Shown: positions 22,050 to 33,941 of the stretch, piece after piece | Numbering within the stretch: position 1 is the stretch's first letter | How the letters are laid out: each line of letters begins with the position of its first letter | Assembly (NCBI GenBank): GCA_965644315.1 | Contig: CBFFRQ010000066.1 | Coordinates: forward strand, 1-64,000 | Direction: 5' to 3' | Origin: Caecitellus pseudoparvulus | Taxonomy: Eukaryota > Protista > Bigyra: Bicosoecida | Length of the DNA: 64,000 nucleotides | Notes under the pieces: model-generated | Told to the model about the DNA's origin: nothing | The model's input: only the letters and a program-made list of their open reading frames with translations | The model's database searches: none | Position numbers and translations under genes: made by a program

Positions 22050-24507
22050 CTACAGCTTTGCCTCTGTGCCGTCTCCGAACTCCCGCATGCCTGCGGCAAC
22101 TGACGCGCCCAGTGCTGCGCCGCCGCTCGCTTCCCCCGCAAAGGGGGCATATGCCGTGGGTGCGTGGGGCGTGTTGAACGCGTCTGCATGGCCTGTGGCC
22201 TTGCCCAGCCCGTGGGCGTGCGGCGCGAAGAGCGCATTGGCGGCGCCCATGACGTTGGCGGGGTCCACCGCCGCCTTGGCGCCACGCACGGCGGCAGCGG
22301 AAGCAGGGGTCAGGATGTTGCGCAAGAACTGTGCACGGTGTTTGCCGATGCCGTGGTGATGTGAGAGGCTGCCGCCCAGGGACAGGATGGTGGAGCGGGC
22401 TTCGCCCTCCACTGCGGAAAACACGCCCAGCGGGTCGGGCAGCCCCTTGTGCATGAAGCCGAAGTAAAAGTACACACAGGCGCCAGTATCGTACGTCTGT
22501 GTGACGCGGCAAGAGACGTAGATGGGGCCCTTCACGCCGTGCCTGCGGCAAGCGCCTCGAATGGTCGCCTTGGTGTTTTCGCACACCGCCATGACCTGCC
22601 CCCACGGCACCGACGTCTCGAAACTCTCTGCCAGGAACCAGTACCGCATGGCAAAGTCCCGCACGTACGCGATCATGTACGTGAGGAAGTAGCCGCGGAT
22701 GCCGTTGGCCTCGCCGCCCACCATGCCGCCGTGCTTGCGGCCCAGTGCGTACACTTGCGCCTGGTGCCGTGCCACAACGTCAGGCTTGCCTTCGAACATG
22801 AGGGTGGCAGCCACCATGGTGTCAGGGTTGAACCCCGCCACCTTGGTCACGTACGCTTTCTGCAGTGTGTCCTTGACGGCGGTGAGGAAGGGGTTTGACG
22901 GGCGCGCCTTCAAGCTCTGCCCGAACTGGAACTGTTCGTTGTCCACGAGGCGGATGCTGGCCGGCTGGGCTCGCTCTGCGGCCACCTCCCGCATGAAGGC
23001 CACCCCTGCGGCAAAGGTGGGGAACACCATGCTGCCATAGGCACGCGCTTCGGGGACGTTGTGCACCGTCACCACGACGTCTGTGATGATGCCCAGCGTG
23101 CCTTCAGACCCCAGCACCAGCTGCAGAGGGTCGGGGCCGGTGCTCTGGCGGGGGACGAGGGAGGCGCTGGACATGACGCCTGCAGGCGTCACGCAGCGGG
23201 CGCCGACGACAATGTCCTCGATGTTGCCGTACACGTTCTTCTTCATGCCCGAGGCACGGGTGGCCACCCAGCCGCCCAGGGAGGAGAACTCGTAGCTGTC
23301 CGGTTCGTGGCCCATGGTGAGGCCTTGCTCCTTCAGCTGGGACTCCAGCTCGATGCCCAGGATGCCCGCCTGCACGCAGGCCTGCATGGACTCCCGGTCC
23401 ACCCACAGCACCTTGTTCATGCGCCGCGTGGACACGACGATGATAGATCGTGTCTCGTCCTCGGGGCACTCCAGCGCCCCCGACACAGACGTGCCGCCGC
23501 CAAAGGGCATGAGGGTCACGAAGCGGGCGTGGGCGTGGGCGGCCTGCACCAGGGCCACCACCTGCTCGTGGGAGGTGGGGAACACCACCGCATCGGGCAT
23601 GCGCCCCACTCGCCCCGTGCGGATGGCGAACATCTCCTGCACCGTGTGCCCGTGACCGTGGAACAGGCGCACAGCGGGGTCGGTGGTGCCCTCCAGTGCG
23701 CCGGCTTCAGCGGTGGCGCCACCCTGCGGAGGGGTGGGCCCACCTCCCCGCAGTTCAGCCACCGTGCCGCCCCTCGCCTCATACGCCTCCAGCGCCTGCA
23801 AGTCAGCATCCGTCACTTGCTCGTGGCTAGGTGTGTCCACAGCCACGCCACTGCCTGAGCCGGGCGCTGCCTGGCCCTGAGACTGGGTGTGAGCGGTCAG
23901 CTCCAGGTGCGTGGCGCCAGGCAGCGCGGCCTTGACGTCTGCCCAGAATGGCTCGTGCAGCACCGGCTCAGGCAGCAGGTGCAGGGGGGGCTCGGACAGC
24001 AGCGGCATCGTGTCACTGCGCCAGCAGCAAGCGGGGGAAATGTGCGTGTAGGAGCACGTGGGTGTGGCTGTCGGCGACTTGGCTGCGCTGGGCACCCTGT
24101 GCCGCGGCCTACGCACTCGATTTTGAGGCCGATCTTGGCCTCCGCGTAATCCCTGAACTTGGGCAGCACCCGCCCGTCCTCAAACACGCCATCGTATCGC
24201 TTGCCGCTCAACTCCACGTCCCCCTGCTTGTTGATAAAGAACTGCGTGTCCTGGTAGCCCCACCTGTGGTGCGCGGGGGGGCATGCACTCGGTGCGGTGT
24301 GCGCAGACGCCAGTTCAGCGCCGCCAGCCACGCACCCGTCCCACTTCACCCGCGAGCCGTTGGCTTCAAAGCTGCGGTAGGGAGAAACAGTGACAGCCAT
24401 ACGCAGCGGTACACGATCACCACGGCCTGGCGCGTGCTGGGGGGCACTGCAGCCCAAGCACCGACCGCAGGGGCGGCTTACCATGGGTGGGTGGTGCTGC
24501 TTGCCAT
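22050..24507 (-). CDS. AGPS: Alkyldihydroxyacetonephosphate synthase (peroxisomal, FAD-linked)
   Basis: Introns 24481-24372, 24335-24264 and 24116-24016. Motifs KWDGWGYQDT, GHEPDSYEFSSLGGWVATRASGMKKNVYGNIED, GSEGTLG and GGSLSHHHGIGK; ends in -AKL. Confidence 0.96.
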
Positions 24508-24671
24508 GGGGGTGAAGTGAGTGGACGCCTGCAACACACTGACCGGCGACGACACGCGTGAAGCAAAATCAAGCTGCTACTGCATCCTTGTGTTTTCCCT
24601 GCAAGCCAGCCTGCACCTTGTCCAGCTGGCAGTCAAGTTTTGGAGGAGGGCGGCTTTTGAGTGGGGGCGTT

Positions 24672-24681
24672 CAATTTCCGC
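24672..24681 (+). promoter_or_regulatory. CAATTTCCGC motif in the AGPS/THOC3 divergent promoter (one of 13 copies)
   Basis: Starts 19 nt upstream of the THOC3 ATG. The same motif precedes PES1 (8994), the TPR gene (29789) and RPL12 (42406). Confidence 0.5.
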
Positions 24682-24690
24682 ACCGCTGCC

Positions 24691-25984
24691 ATGGATGCCC
24701 CCGCTGCTGCTGCAGGCGCAGGGGATGTCGCCGCGCCCCCTGCACTCGGCACTGTCTTGAGTGACACGCCGCTGCTGGATGCCGACGTGGAGCTGGCCAA
24801 GGCCACCACGACAAGCTTCACGCTGTCCCAAAGAGACCCCTCCAAGCCCTCGGTGAGTGCAGCACTGTGCAGGGCTGCCCAAGCGCCTGTTGGCGCCCTC
24901 GCCAGCCCTCGCACGACACAGCCTCCTCCCCGCCCCCTGGAACCCCTGCGCAGCCCAGCATCCAGTGTCTGCAGTGGAACGTAAACGGCACCTGCCTGGC
25001 GGCGGGGCTGGGAGACGGCACAGTGAACGTGCTGCTGGCAGACGCAGCCAGCCCGGTGCGTGCGGCACGCGGCAGCGCTGCGGGCCCACCCTGTGCACAC
25101 CCTCACTTCCTGTCCTCCACCAGAGGATCGAGCGGTCTCTCGCCACCACCACCACGAGTGTCGCGGCCCCCGTGCGTGCCGTGCGGTGGCACACCACACA
25201 GGAACGCCTGCTGCTGTCGGGGGGCAAGGACCAGGCCCTGCGTGTGTGGGACATGCGCAAGCTGGCTATGGTGCACCGGCAGGAGATGTCTGCCCCCGTC
25301 ATGTGGTGTGACGTGGCGCCAGATGGCCTGACAGCCGCCGTGGGCGTGGCGGGCACCGGCGCCAAGGTGCTTGACCTGCGCACACACAAGATCCTGCACA
25401 GCGTACCAGCGCCCGCTGGCGTGACGGTGAACTCTGGCGCCTACGATGCCGAGGGCAACCTGGTCATGGTGGGCGTGAAGAACATTGAGCATGGACTGCG
25501 CCAGGGCGGCGGCTGGCTCGTGCACGGCAACTCCGGCGAACTGGTGGCAGAGCTGCTGTCCCACAGCCTGGCATGCAGGTCCGTGGCCTTTGACCACAGC
25601 AGGAGCCTGCTGGCCATGGGGTCTTTGGACGCCACCGTCAGTGTGTGGGACTACGCCGAGCGGAGCGTGCTGCGCACCCTGGACCGCCCCATGTGCGTTG
25701 ACCCGCGCTGCGTCCCACCAGCCGGGCGCTGCATCACCACTGTCGCTCCTTTCCGCAGACTGTCCGTGGATGCGCTAGCGTGGTCCCCGGGCGGGTCATA
25801 CCTGGCCCTGGCTTCGGCCGAGGCGCCTGTGGAAATTGTGCGTGTGCTGGACGGGACGAGGGTGCGGTGCTTGGAGGGCACCAACAGCTCCTCCAGTGTC
25901 GCGTGGGCGCCGCAGTCTGCCTTGCTGGCCATGTGCTCTCGACCAGACACCCTGCTCGTAGTCAAGGGGCCGCAAGAGCTGTGA
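24691..25984 (+). CDS. THOC3: WD40 protein, THO complex subunit 3 / TEX1-like
   Basis: Introns 24853-24953, 25056-25123 and 25693-25758. The C-terminal blades (H...C..VAFD....LA.GSLDATVSVWD..E....RT..R....V..L.WS..G..LA.AS...VAW.P...LLA..) follow the THOC3 pattern as I recall it. Confidence 0.7.
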
Positions 25985-26219
25985 GCTGTGTCCTCTCTGC
26001 CTTCGCCCGCGCAAATGCAAATCCCACGTGATGCTGTGAGGAAAGCACTGGACATGCAGGGGGTGATTGCACTTGCCTTGTTTCACCTTCTCCATTGCTC
26101 TGCTCTGGGGGCGCAGTGCCGCCGAGAGGCACTGCAGGTGCGCGTTTCTTTGCACCTGCGTTTCAAGCCCCGCTTGATTGCCACAGCGGCCACTTGGGCT
26201 TGGCACAACTCCACCTGAA

Positions 26220-29200
26220 ATGGCTGACGCTCAGCAGGACCTTGGCCTTGGGACGGCCCGCGTTGTCGTGTACCAGTTTGGCAACCACCTGCTGAAGGGC
26301 GTTGGCACTGGCCAACCAGTGCGAGTTGGGCTGGATTCGCCGTGGAACAGTATGCAGCTGCAATTGGTGGAAGCGGCATACCAAGACAAGTTGCCGGCAG
26401 GCACTCTTGATCACATTGATCCCGAGACCATTTTTCTCTACCTGCTGCCCAGCGGGGAGGAGCTGACGGATTCATGTACGTGCTAGGGTGCCCGAGTCAT
26501 TGCAAGGAAACGCCACACGCAATGCCCGCCTTGCCTGCGCCTCACCACCGCAGCGCTGCTGGCTGACCATGACCGGATCGTAGTTTTCATTGGATCCCAG
26601 CCCCTGGAAGGGGACATCATGGACCCCAGCACTGCCCTGCACTTTGCTGCCTTGCAGCCCTTCGCCCTGCGGCCTGGTGCTGAAGTGCAGCGGGAGCTGC
26701 GCCTCCGGCAACACGGCGTGGCCCGGGGCGGTGCCAAGCCCCAGCCTCGCCTCATGCGATCTATGAGCGGCTTCACCATGCGCTCCGCGACGCAGTCAGA
26801 GCAACTCAACGCGGCCGGCAGCGTGGATGGCGGCATGTCCCGCTCGGCCAGCGTTCGCAGCGTCCTGAAGCGGGTGTCCAGCGCTTCCAGCCTGACAGAC
26901 TTGGAGCCGCCCCAGGCTGCGCCGCAAGGGACCCTGCCTCAAGGCACCCTCGGCGTCGCCCTGGAGGAGCACAGCAGCGGCACGCCTTCCCTTTCGTTGT
27001 CCTCCAACGCCAAGCTCAGGCGGGTGGTGCGCAAGCTGGTGCTCATGAACCGCATGCGCAAGGTGAACAGCAAGCCGTCCCTGGCCTCCACTGTGTCACG
27101 AACCTTGTCAGCGAAGCGGGGCTGGGGGCTGCGCAGCACAGCTAAGACCATGGACGCCTACATTCGCGAGCAGAGCAACATCTACTCGTACAACGAGCAG
27201 CGTGTCGCAGAGGAGCAGCGCCTGCCGTGGCACATCGTGGACCCCGAATCCACAGCCAAGGTTGCCTGGGACTTCCTCGTGCTGATGTTGGTCATGTTCT
27301 ACGGCGTGGTGGTGCCGTACCGCCTGGGCTTCCAGGTGGATGGCTCCGAGACGGAGCAGGTGCTGGACGACATCGCCAACGTCATCTTCATGATTGACAT
27401 CGTGGCATCCTTCCGTACGGCGTACAAGGAGGATGGCGTCCTCATCAAGGACCCCCACCGCATAGCGCAGCGCTACGCCAGATCTTGGTTCATCATCGAC
27501 CTTGTCGCGTCCATCCCGCTGGACTGGTTTGTGGACACCAAGGGGGGCATCAACAAACTGCTGCGCAGCCTGCGGCTGTTCAAGCTCTTCCGCATGCTGC
27601 GGCTGCTGAAGCTGTTCCCCCGTCTATTCCAAGTGCTGGAAACCAACATCAAGTTCAATCCGTCCATGATTCGTTTCATGCGCTCCTTCATCATCATGCT
27701 TCTCATGTGGCACTGCATCGCATGCGCCTACTGGTGGGTTGTGCGCATCGAGTACGGCGGGTACTACCAGTGCTCCAAAGACCCTGACATCGTCTGCTGG
27801 GTCAACAAGTGTGTCTGTGTCACTGCACCCTTTGATCCAAACGAAGTGTACGAAGTCCTCGTGGACATTCCCGACGAAGACTACGATCCCAACTGGGCAA
27901 GCGACTTGCCGCCTGATGACTGGGTCCCTGACGTGCACAGCGCCAACCGCCCCGAGAGCTACAAGTATGCGCAGGCCCTGTTCTGGGCCGTGGAGGTCAC
28001 CACCGGCATCGGCGACGACATCATCCCCAAGACGCAGCTGGAGGTCAGCTTCACATCAAGCATGGTGGTGGTGGGCCTCATGATGTACTCCCTCATCATT
28101 GGCTCAGCCTCCTCCGCCCTCGCCAACATGGACAGCACTGCGACGCAGCGCCGCCAAACCCTGGACAAGGTTTCGGCGTACATGCGCTCTCGCCGCGTGC
28201 CCTCCTTCTTCCAGCGCATCATCGTGGACTTCTACCAGCACATGTGGACGACGCCCATGAAGGAGAGCGACGTATTCAGGGACCTGCCGGACTCCCTCCG
28301 CTCGCGCCTGTCCATGGTGCTGAACAGGGACCTCATCGACCGCATCCCCATCTTCCAGCACATGCCCGCAGACGTGTACATCCGCCTCGTGCAGAAGCTG
28401 CTCCACAATACCTTCTTGCCGGGCGAGTTCGTCATTCGCCAGGGGGACACGCCCCGCTGCATTTACTTCGTCAAGCGCGGTATGGCCGACGCCATCCTGC
28501 CGACCGGGGGCCTGCTCATGTCCTACGAACCCGGGGACTTCTTCGGCGAGCACGCCCTGCTGCAGAACCGCAAGCGGTCTCTTACCGTACGAGCCGTGGA
28601 CTTCCTGGACGTCTTGCAGCTGCGCAGGGAGCACTTCATGGAACTGTTCACGGCGGCACCCGCATTCCTCGCAGAAATCCGCCGTGTGGATGCAACTCGG
28701 CAGCAGTTCCGGCTGGCCAAAGAGCTGGAGCTGGTCCGCGTTCGCCTCGGCATGCCCCGCCAGCGCCGCGGCTCCACCGTTCTGGAACACATCCAGGCTG
28801 CACGTGGGCTCAAGAGTTGCATGTCGTCGGTGTCTGCCGTGGAGCCGGCGCGAGGCTGCAGAGGCAAGGCTGCCATGGAGTCCAGCCCTGCAGACCCCAG
28901 CATGAGCAAGCTGCGAAGGGCTCTGGACGGCGGGGAAAAGCTGGGCGGCATCGCGTCGCAGCAGGCGTATACTGGCCACAGTCGGCCATCCAGCAGCCCA
29001 TCTCCAGCGCCCTCAGCGTACACTGGCATCGACAGCAAGTCTGCTGATGCAAAAGGGCACGCACAACAGGGGCCGGTTGGGGACAAGTCCTCGCTGTCGT
29101 CGAAGAAAGGTCGGCAGCCGCTGCGCGAGCCGCGCCTGGCCAGTGTTCGCGAGGGCAAGCACGGCGCACCACGCCAACTGCCCACCGTGGACTTCCAGCC

Positions 29201-29279
29201 ACCCGTGCCGGCCCCCACAGTGGGCACCCCCACAGAACCACGCACTCCCTCGGAGGACAGGGAGTCCCAGGGGCCATGA
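26220..29279 (+). CDS. Six-transmembrane cyclic-nucleotide-binding-domain ion channel with N-terminal KHA-like domain
   Basis: Extra exon 26220-26475 plus intron 26476-26553 is in frame with ORF 26619..29279. Motifs WFIIDLVASIP, S4 LRSLRLFKLFRMLRLLK, a pore helix, a C-linker and the CNBD GDFFGEHALL...RSLTVRA. Confidence 0.9.
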
Positions 29280-29811
29280 ACTCGCCACCCGCTGCTCCGC
29301 TCATCCAGAGACGCCTTGGGCGAACTGAAGCAGATTCTGCACTAGACGCCCCCCCTTATTTCCAGCAAGCTGGGGGGCACTGCTGGGATGGGGGCCCACT
29401 TTGCCGAACGTGCAAGTCAACCCGACCAAGAGAGCAGTGGACGCAGAGTCCCCGGGACGTGTCTCTAACCTCCCCCTTGGACTCGAGATGGGGCCCACCC
29501 AGCAGCTAGCATGTGACGTGCACGTTTTTCTAGTTTGAAGGAATGAATCTATGCATGATTGCCCACAGCGTCCCCGCCCGGAATCTGCACGAACGCACGC
29601 ACGCCAAGCGGCGAGAAACCGGATTTCTCCTAGAAGCCGGGGAAAATCACTGCCGCCGGCAAATCCAACGTACACAACACATCGCAATACAAGCAGGGCA
29701 GTCCTTGGTGCCGTCAGACTAGCTGGCGCTGCCCCAAGGCGTTTGGTGCTGTAGAGTTGCATCGAGCAACGGCAGTTGGGGTGCGGACCAAATTCCGCTG
29801 CGCTTTCCTTC

Positions 29812-32800
29812 ATGCGCAAGCAATGGCTTGCGCTGGCCACAGCGGCCACGCTGGTGGTCGCAGGCACTGCGCCAGCGCTGGCATCAGTGTCTATCAGCCT
29901 GCCTCAAGACGCTGAGCTCATCCTGGGCCTGGTGGGGCACCCAGCAGGGGAAGTGGCCTTGCATCGCTTCCAGACTGGCCGCTTCACTGCCGCCATGGCG
30001 ACGCTGGGCGACGCGCTCAAGCAGAGCAGCAGCAACAACCAGTCCACCGATGAGGGGGACTTGGTGCTGTCACAAGTGCCTGCCCATCGAGCCTTTGGGC
30101 AGCACGGACTGGCTGCGCGCTGTGCCGAGGTGGCCCTGGCGGTGTACAAGTCGGCCAACGCCAGCATGGACCGGGTGCTGCTGGCTGAGTGGGCAGCGCT
30201 GTCGGCTATCATTGACGGGGGACACCTCGCCAAGGCGATTCAAAGCGCCTCCCACCTGCCCCTGCGCCACATGCAGTCGCCAGTGTGGCCCCTGTACACT
30301 GGGCGAGTGGCGGGGTTGCTGGCCGAGGTGGGCCAGTACGCCGCCAGCTTGGAGCTGTGGCGCCTGGTCCTGGCGCGCTCCGCCCTGCACGGCTCTGCGT
30401 ACACTGCCCAGACCCACCTGCCGCCCGAGGTGGCCCCCGCCCTGCACGCCACACAGGGGGGTGACCCCCAGCTCCCCCCCACGGGTGGCCTGCGCAAGAC
30501 CCGCCTGGCCATGCGGCGGCCCCTCAAGTTCTTCACGCGCCAGCCGGGCCTCCTGGACTGGCGCGCAGTGCACCGGGACCTGGCCCTCCTCCTGCAGGAG
30601 ATGGACCTTCGCCGCGCCAGTCGGGACCTGGCAGAGGAGGCCATGCGGGGCCTCCTGCCCGCAGGCGCGTCGGCTGGCTGGCCGGACGCCGTCGTGTGGA
30701 CGGAGAGCCTCATGACCCTGCTGGACGCGCAGACGGAGAGCGCTGTGGCAGGCGTCGCTGTGCTGGGCGTGCGCAAGGTGTGTGCGCTGCCTGCCCCGCC
30801 CAACCCCGCACACCCTCAACCCCGCCCACGCCACTTGCACAGATGAGTCGCATCACGTACACCGACACAGCGGGCCATGCTCGGGACGAAGCACAGGTAT
30901 CCTTTGTGCATGCCCAGCGGGAAGTGAGCCGTGGAGCGTACGCGGCGGCAGAGGGGCACCTGAAGGCTGTTCTGGCAGCTGACAGGGCACGGGTGGGGAA
31001 GGACCACCCCGCCCTCATCCGCACCTGGGTGGCCCTGGCGTACGTGCGCCTGGAACAGGGCATGGTGGAGGCGGCGGAGGAAGCCCTCACAGCCGGCTCC
31101 GCCATTCTGCACGCCCAGCACGCCCTCACCGCCGCTGCCGTGGACTCCCTGTACCTCCTCTACTACTCTGCTACGCTGGAGTGGTTCCAGGGTCGCCTGC
31201 TCTCAGCCATGGCCATGTACGCACAGGTGTTCCGAGAGGCCCGGCAGTCCCTGGGACACCACCACGCCCTCGTCGCCACGGCCGTGACGCAGTGGGCGTA
31301 CCTGTCTGAGGAGGTGTTGGTGCAGCGTCTGTTCGATCGGTGCATGGTGCCCGACTCCGCCCACGTGGACTGCGTGGGCTGCCTGCACTGCGAGGAAGAC
31401 AGCGACAGCTGCCCGTCCTGCTGTGCTGGCGGCGCAGATGACTTGCCGCCGCCGCCCCATGAAGGCGACCTGGACCCCTGTGAGGCAGACCTGCTGTACC
31501 TGGAGGCGGCTCGGCGTGCGCTGCCCATTCTGCAGCGGGCGCACGCACGGTGGCTGGCAGTGGAGGACTACAGGTTGAACCTGGACTACCAGTACTTGTC
31601 CAAGCGCCTGGCGCTGACGCAGTTCAAGGTGGACACGGCCGACTCTGCCTCCGCCATCGAGAGGGGTGTCCTAAGCGTGGTGATGATGGCTGACACGTCC
31701 CTGCGCAGGGGCAAGACGCTGTTCCACAGTGCCGTGGAGGCCATGCTTGTCGCGCGCACGTCCCTGCTGCAGTTCGACCACGCCCACGCATACGTCACTG
31801 CCGCCGAGCGCGTCGTGACCCGGGAGGTCCTGGCTGCGCTGAAGGAGGGCAGCGTCCACTTCGCGCCCCGGCCCCCAACAGCGGGCCCCCCGACCCCGCT
31901 GTTCATAGCGGGCGGCCGCAGTGACGAGGGCACACCGCCGGCCCAGCACACTGGCGCTGACGTCCTGACGGGGCAGGCCACCCTGCACGCCATGTCTGAG
32001 GCAGCTCGCACGGGCAAGTGGCGCTACGACGCACTGAGCCCCCTGCGCAGTGTCCTGCAGCATGCCTACCCCGGCCTGCGAGTGCTGAGCGCCACTCCCC
32101 TGGGGCACAGCGCCATCCCCACCAACGCATCCCTGTTCTGGGCCGGCTACGGCGCGGCGCAGGACCTGCTCCGGCAGCTACAGGCCCCTGCCGAGGCGTC
32201 TTCGCATGGCGCCGTCACGAGCCGAGCCGCCCTCCGCCGGCGCTGCGTCAAGGCTCGGCTGAGCGACGTCACATCCCTGCACCTGCAGGCGCAGATCCGG
32301 CGCGAGGCCCTGCGCAACCCCACGGGGCCCGTGTCCCAGGTCGTCCTGCAAGACATGCACCCCGTCCTGCGGCAGCAGGTGATGACGCAGCTGGGCGTGG
32401 CCAGCACGCCCCCAACGGGCCTGCTGGCCGGCATCCAGCAGTACTTTTCTGCCCACCCAGAGGCACCGCCGGCTGACAGAGGGCACGGCGTGCGGGCTGC
32501 GACAGAGCGCCTGCGCCACCTGCTGCGCGCTGAGCCACAGTCCGTGCTGGCAGCTCGCATGCTGCAAGATGCAGGGCACGCCATGCCTGCCGTGGTGGCG
32601 GCGCTGCGGCAAGTGGAGAGTGACCCACGGGAGTTCGGGCGCCTGCTGCAGCAGCTGGTGGTTCCGCCCGCCACGTCCGCCCCCGATGCTGAGCCGGGGG
32701 CGTCGGGCACCGGGCCTGCTGCCGAGGAGGAGGGAAGCGGCGGCGCAGCACCCCTGCCTCGCAAAGTCCAACGTCGGCGGCGGGTCAAGAAGGCCAGGGC

Positions 32801-32816
32801 CAAGGTGGCGGGGTGA
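29812..32816 (+). CDS. Putative secreted TPR-like helical protein
   Basis: Signal-peptide-like start MRKQWLALATAATLVVAG. Intron 30778-30842 joins two ORFs. TPR-like segments G.DHP.L / LG.HH.LVA resemble kinesin-light-chain-type repeats. Confidence 0.6.
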
Positions 32817-32872
32817 GGCGGCCCACGAAACAGCAAAGCATCGTACACTGCACGTGTGCACGTGCAGGGAGG

Positions 32873-32880
32873 AATGCATT
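32873..32880. terminator. Palindromic AATGCATT, candidate bidirectional poly(A) signal for the TPR and EF-hand genes
   Basis: Sits between convergent stop codons (32816 and 32894). Confidence 0.6.
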
Positions 32881-32893
32881 GCGCTGCATGCGC

Positions 32894-33791
32894 TCAGCGG
32901 GCGTTGCTGTCGGCACTTGGTGCAGCACCTGTCATGAGAAACGCCAAGGCTTTCGTGGTGCTGGTGGCACGCCACCGACGGGCCAGCATGATGGTCAGCG
33001 CAGCTGTACCGAGGGCGACAGCGACTTCCCCTGCGGTGAGCGCCGTGTCCACGCGCTCCAGCGTCGCCGCGGCGCTGACCAGCTTCCACCGAGCCAGCTC
33101 CCTGAACTCCTGCGGAGACAAGTCCCCGGACTTGCTCAAGTCCACCCGGGCCAGCCATGCGCGGGTCTCGGCGGCCGTCACCAGCTTTGCTTTCTTCTTC
33201 AGATCCTTGTCTGAGGCTGCCTTCGTCACCTCCCCGCCAAAGACGTGCAGCAACATCTGCAACGCGTGGGATGCCACGCTGTGCCGTTGCAGCAGCGACG
33301 GCCGACGAAAGCACTGCAAGCACGCACCTGGGCACCGTGAAGGTCATCGAAGTATGCCAGCGCCTCGGGCAACTCCTTTGCGTCAATGGCGCCGTTGCCG
33401 TCCTTGTCGAAGCGACTGAAAGCTGCCTTGGTGTCCTCTGCAAATTCCGCACTGTCCAGCACGCCCTGCAGCCGGGCCTGTGTCTCGGGCTTCAGAGCTT
33501 TCAAGGTGGCTGTCCACTCGCCCTTGGCGCCCCTGGGTCGCACGGTAGGCTCCTCCAACGCTGTGCTGGTGGATGCCTGGCAGTGTGCCCTGTGCAGCAG
33601 CAAAAGGCGCGCAGCTGGTGGTGGCACCACACCAAATTCGGCACTCTCTCAGCCACTGAGGCGCGTGCGCAGGCACAGCACGTGGCACGTGCAGTCTATG
33701 GTCCGCCCAATACGCACGGGAAGCTGCTGGCGAGCATCGCTGCGGCAGGCACTGCCAGGCCACTCCAGCCGGCGAGGAGGCGAGCTGCCAT
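32894..33791 (-). CDS. Small two-EF-hand protein with a hydrophobic C-terminal segment
   Basis: Introns 33717-33590 and 33327-33257. EF loops FDKDGNGAIDAKEL and VDLSKSGDLSPQEF. Confidence 0.8.
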
Positions 33792-33941
33792 GTGTGGTGT
33801 GTTGATCACGGGTAGGCAAATCGCATCACTGCGTCGCAGAGGCAGTACGGTGCCTTGCTTGGCGTGAAAGGTTACAATTTTGGAGGCGTGCATTGGCGCT
33901 GTGCACCAGGAACCCCCCCCCCCATTCTCCTCTTTCACCGA

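Noticed and set aside
29440-29500. RNase MRP-like P4 motifs (AGTCCCC ... GGGGC)
   Set aside because: The halves are only about 45 nt apart and the pairing is imperfect, too short for an MRP RNA.
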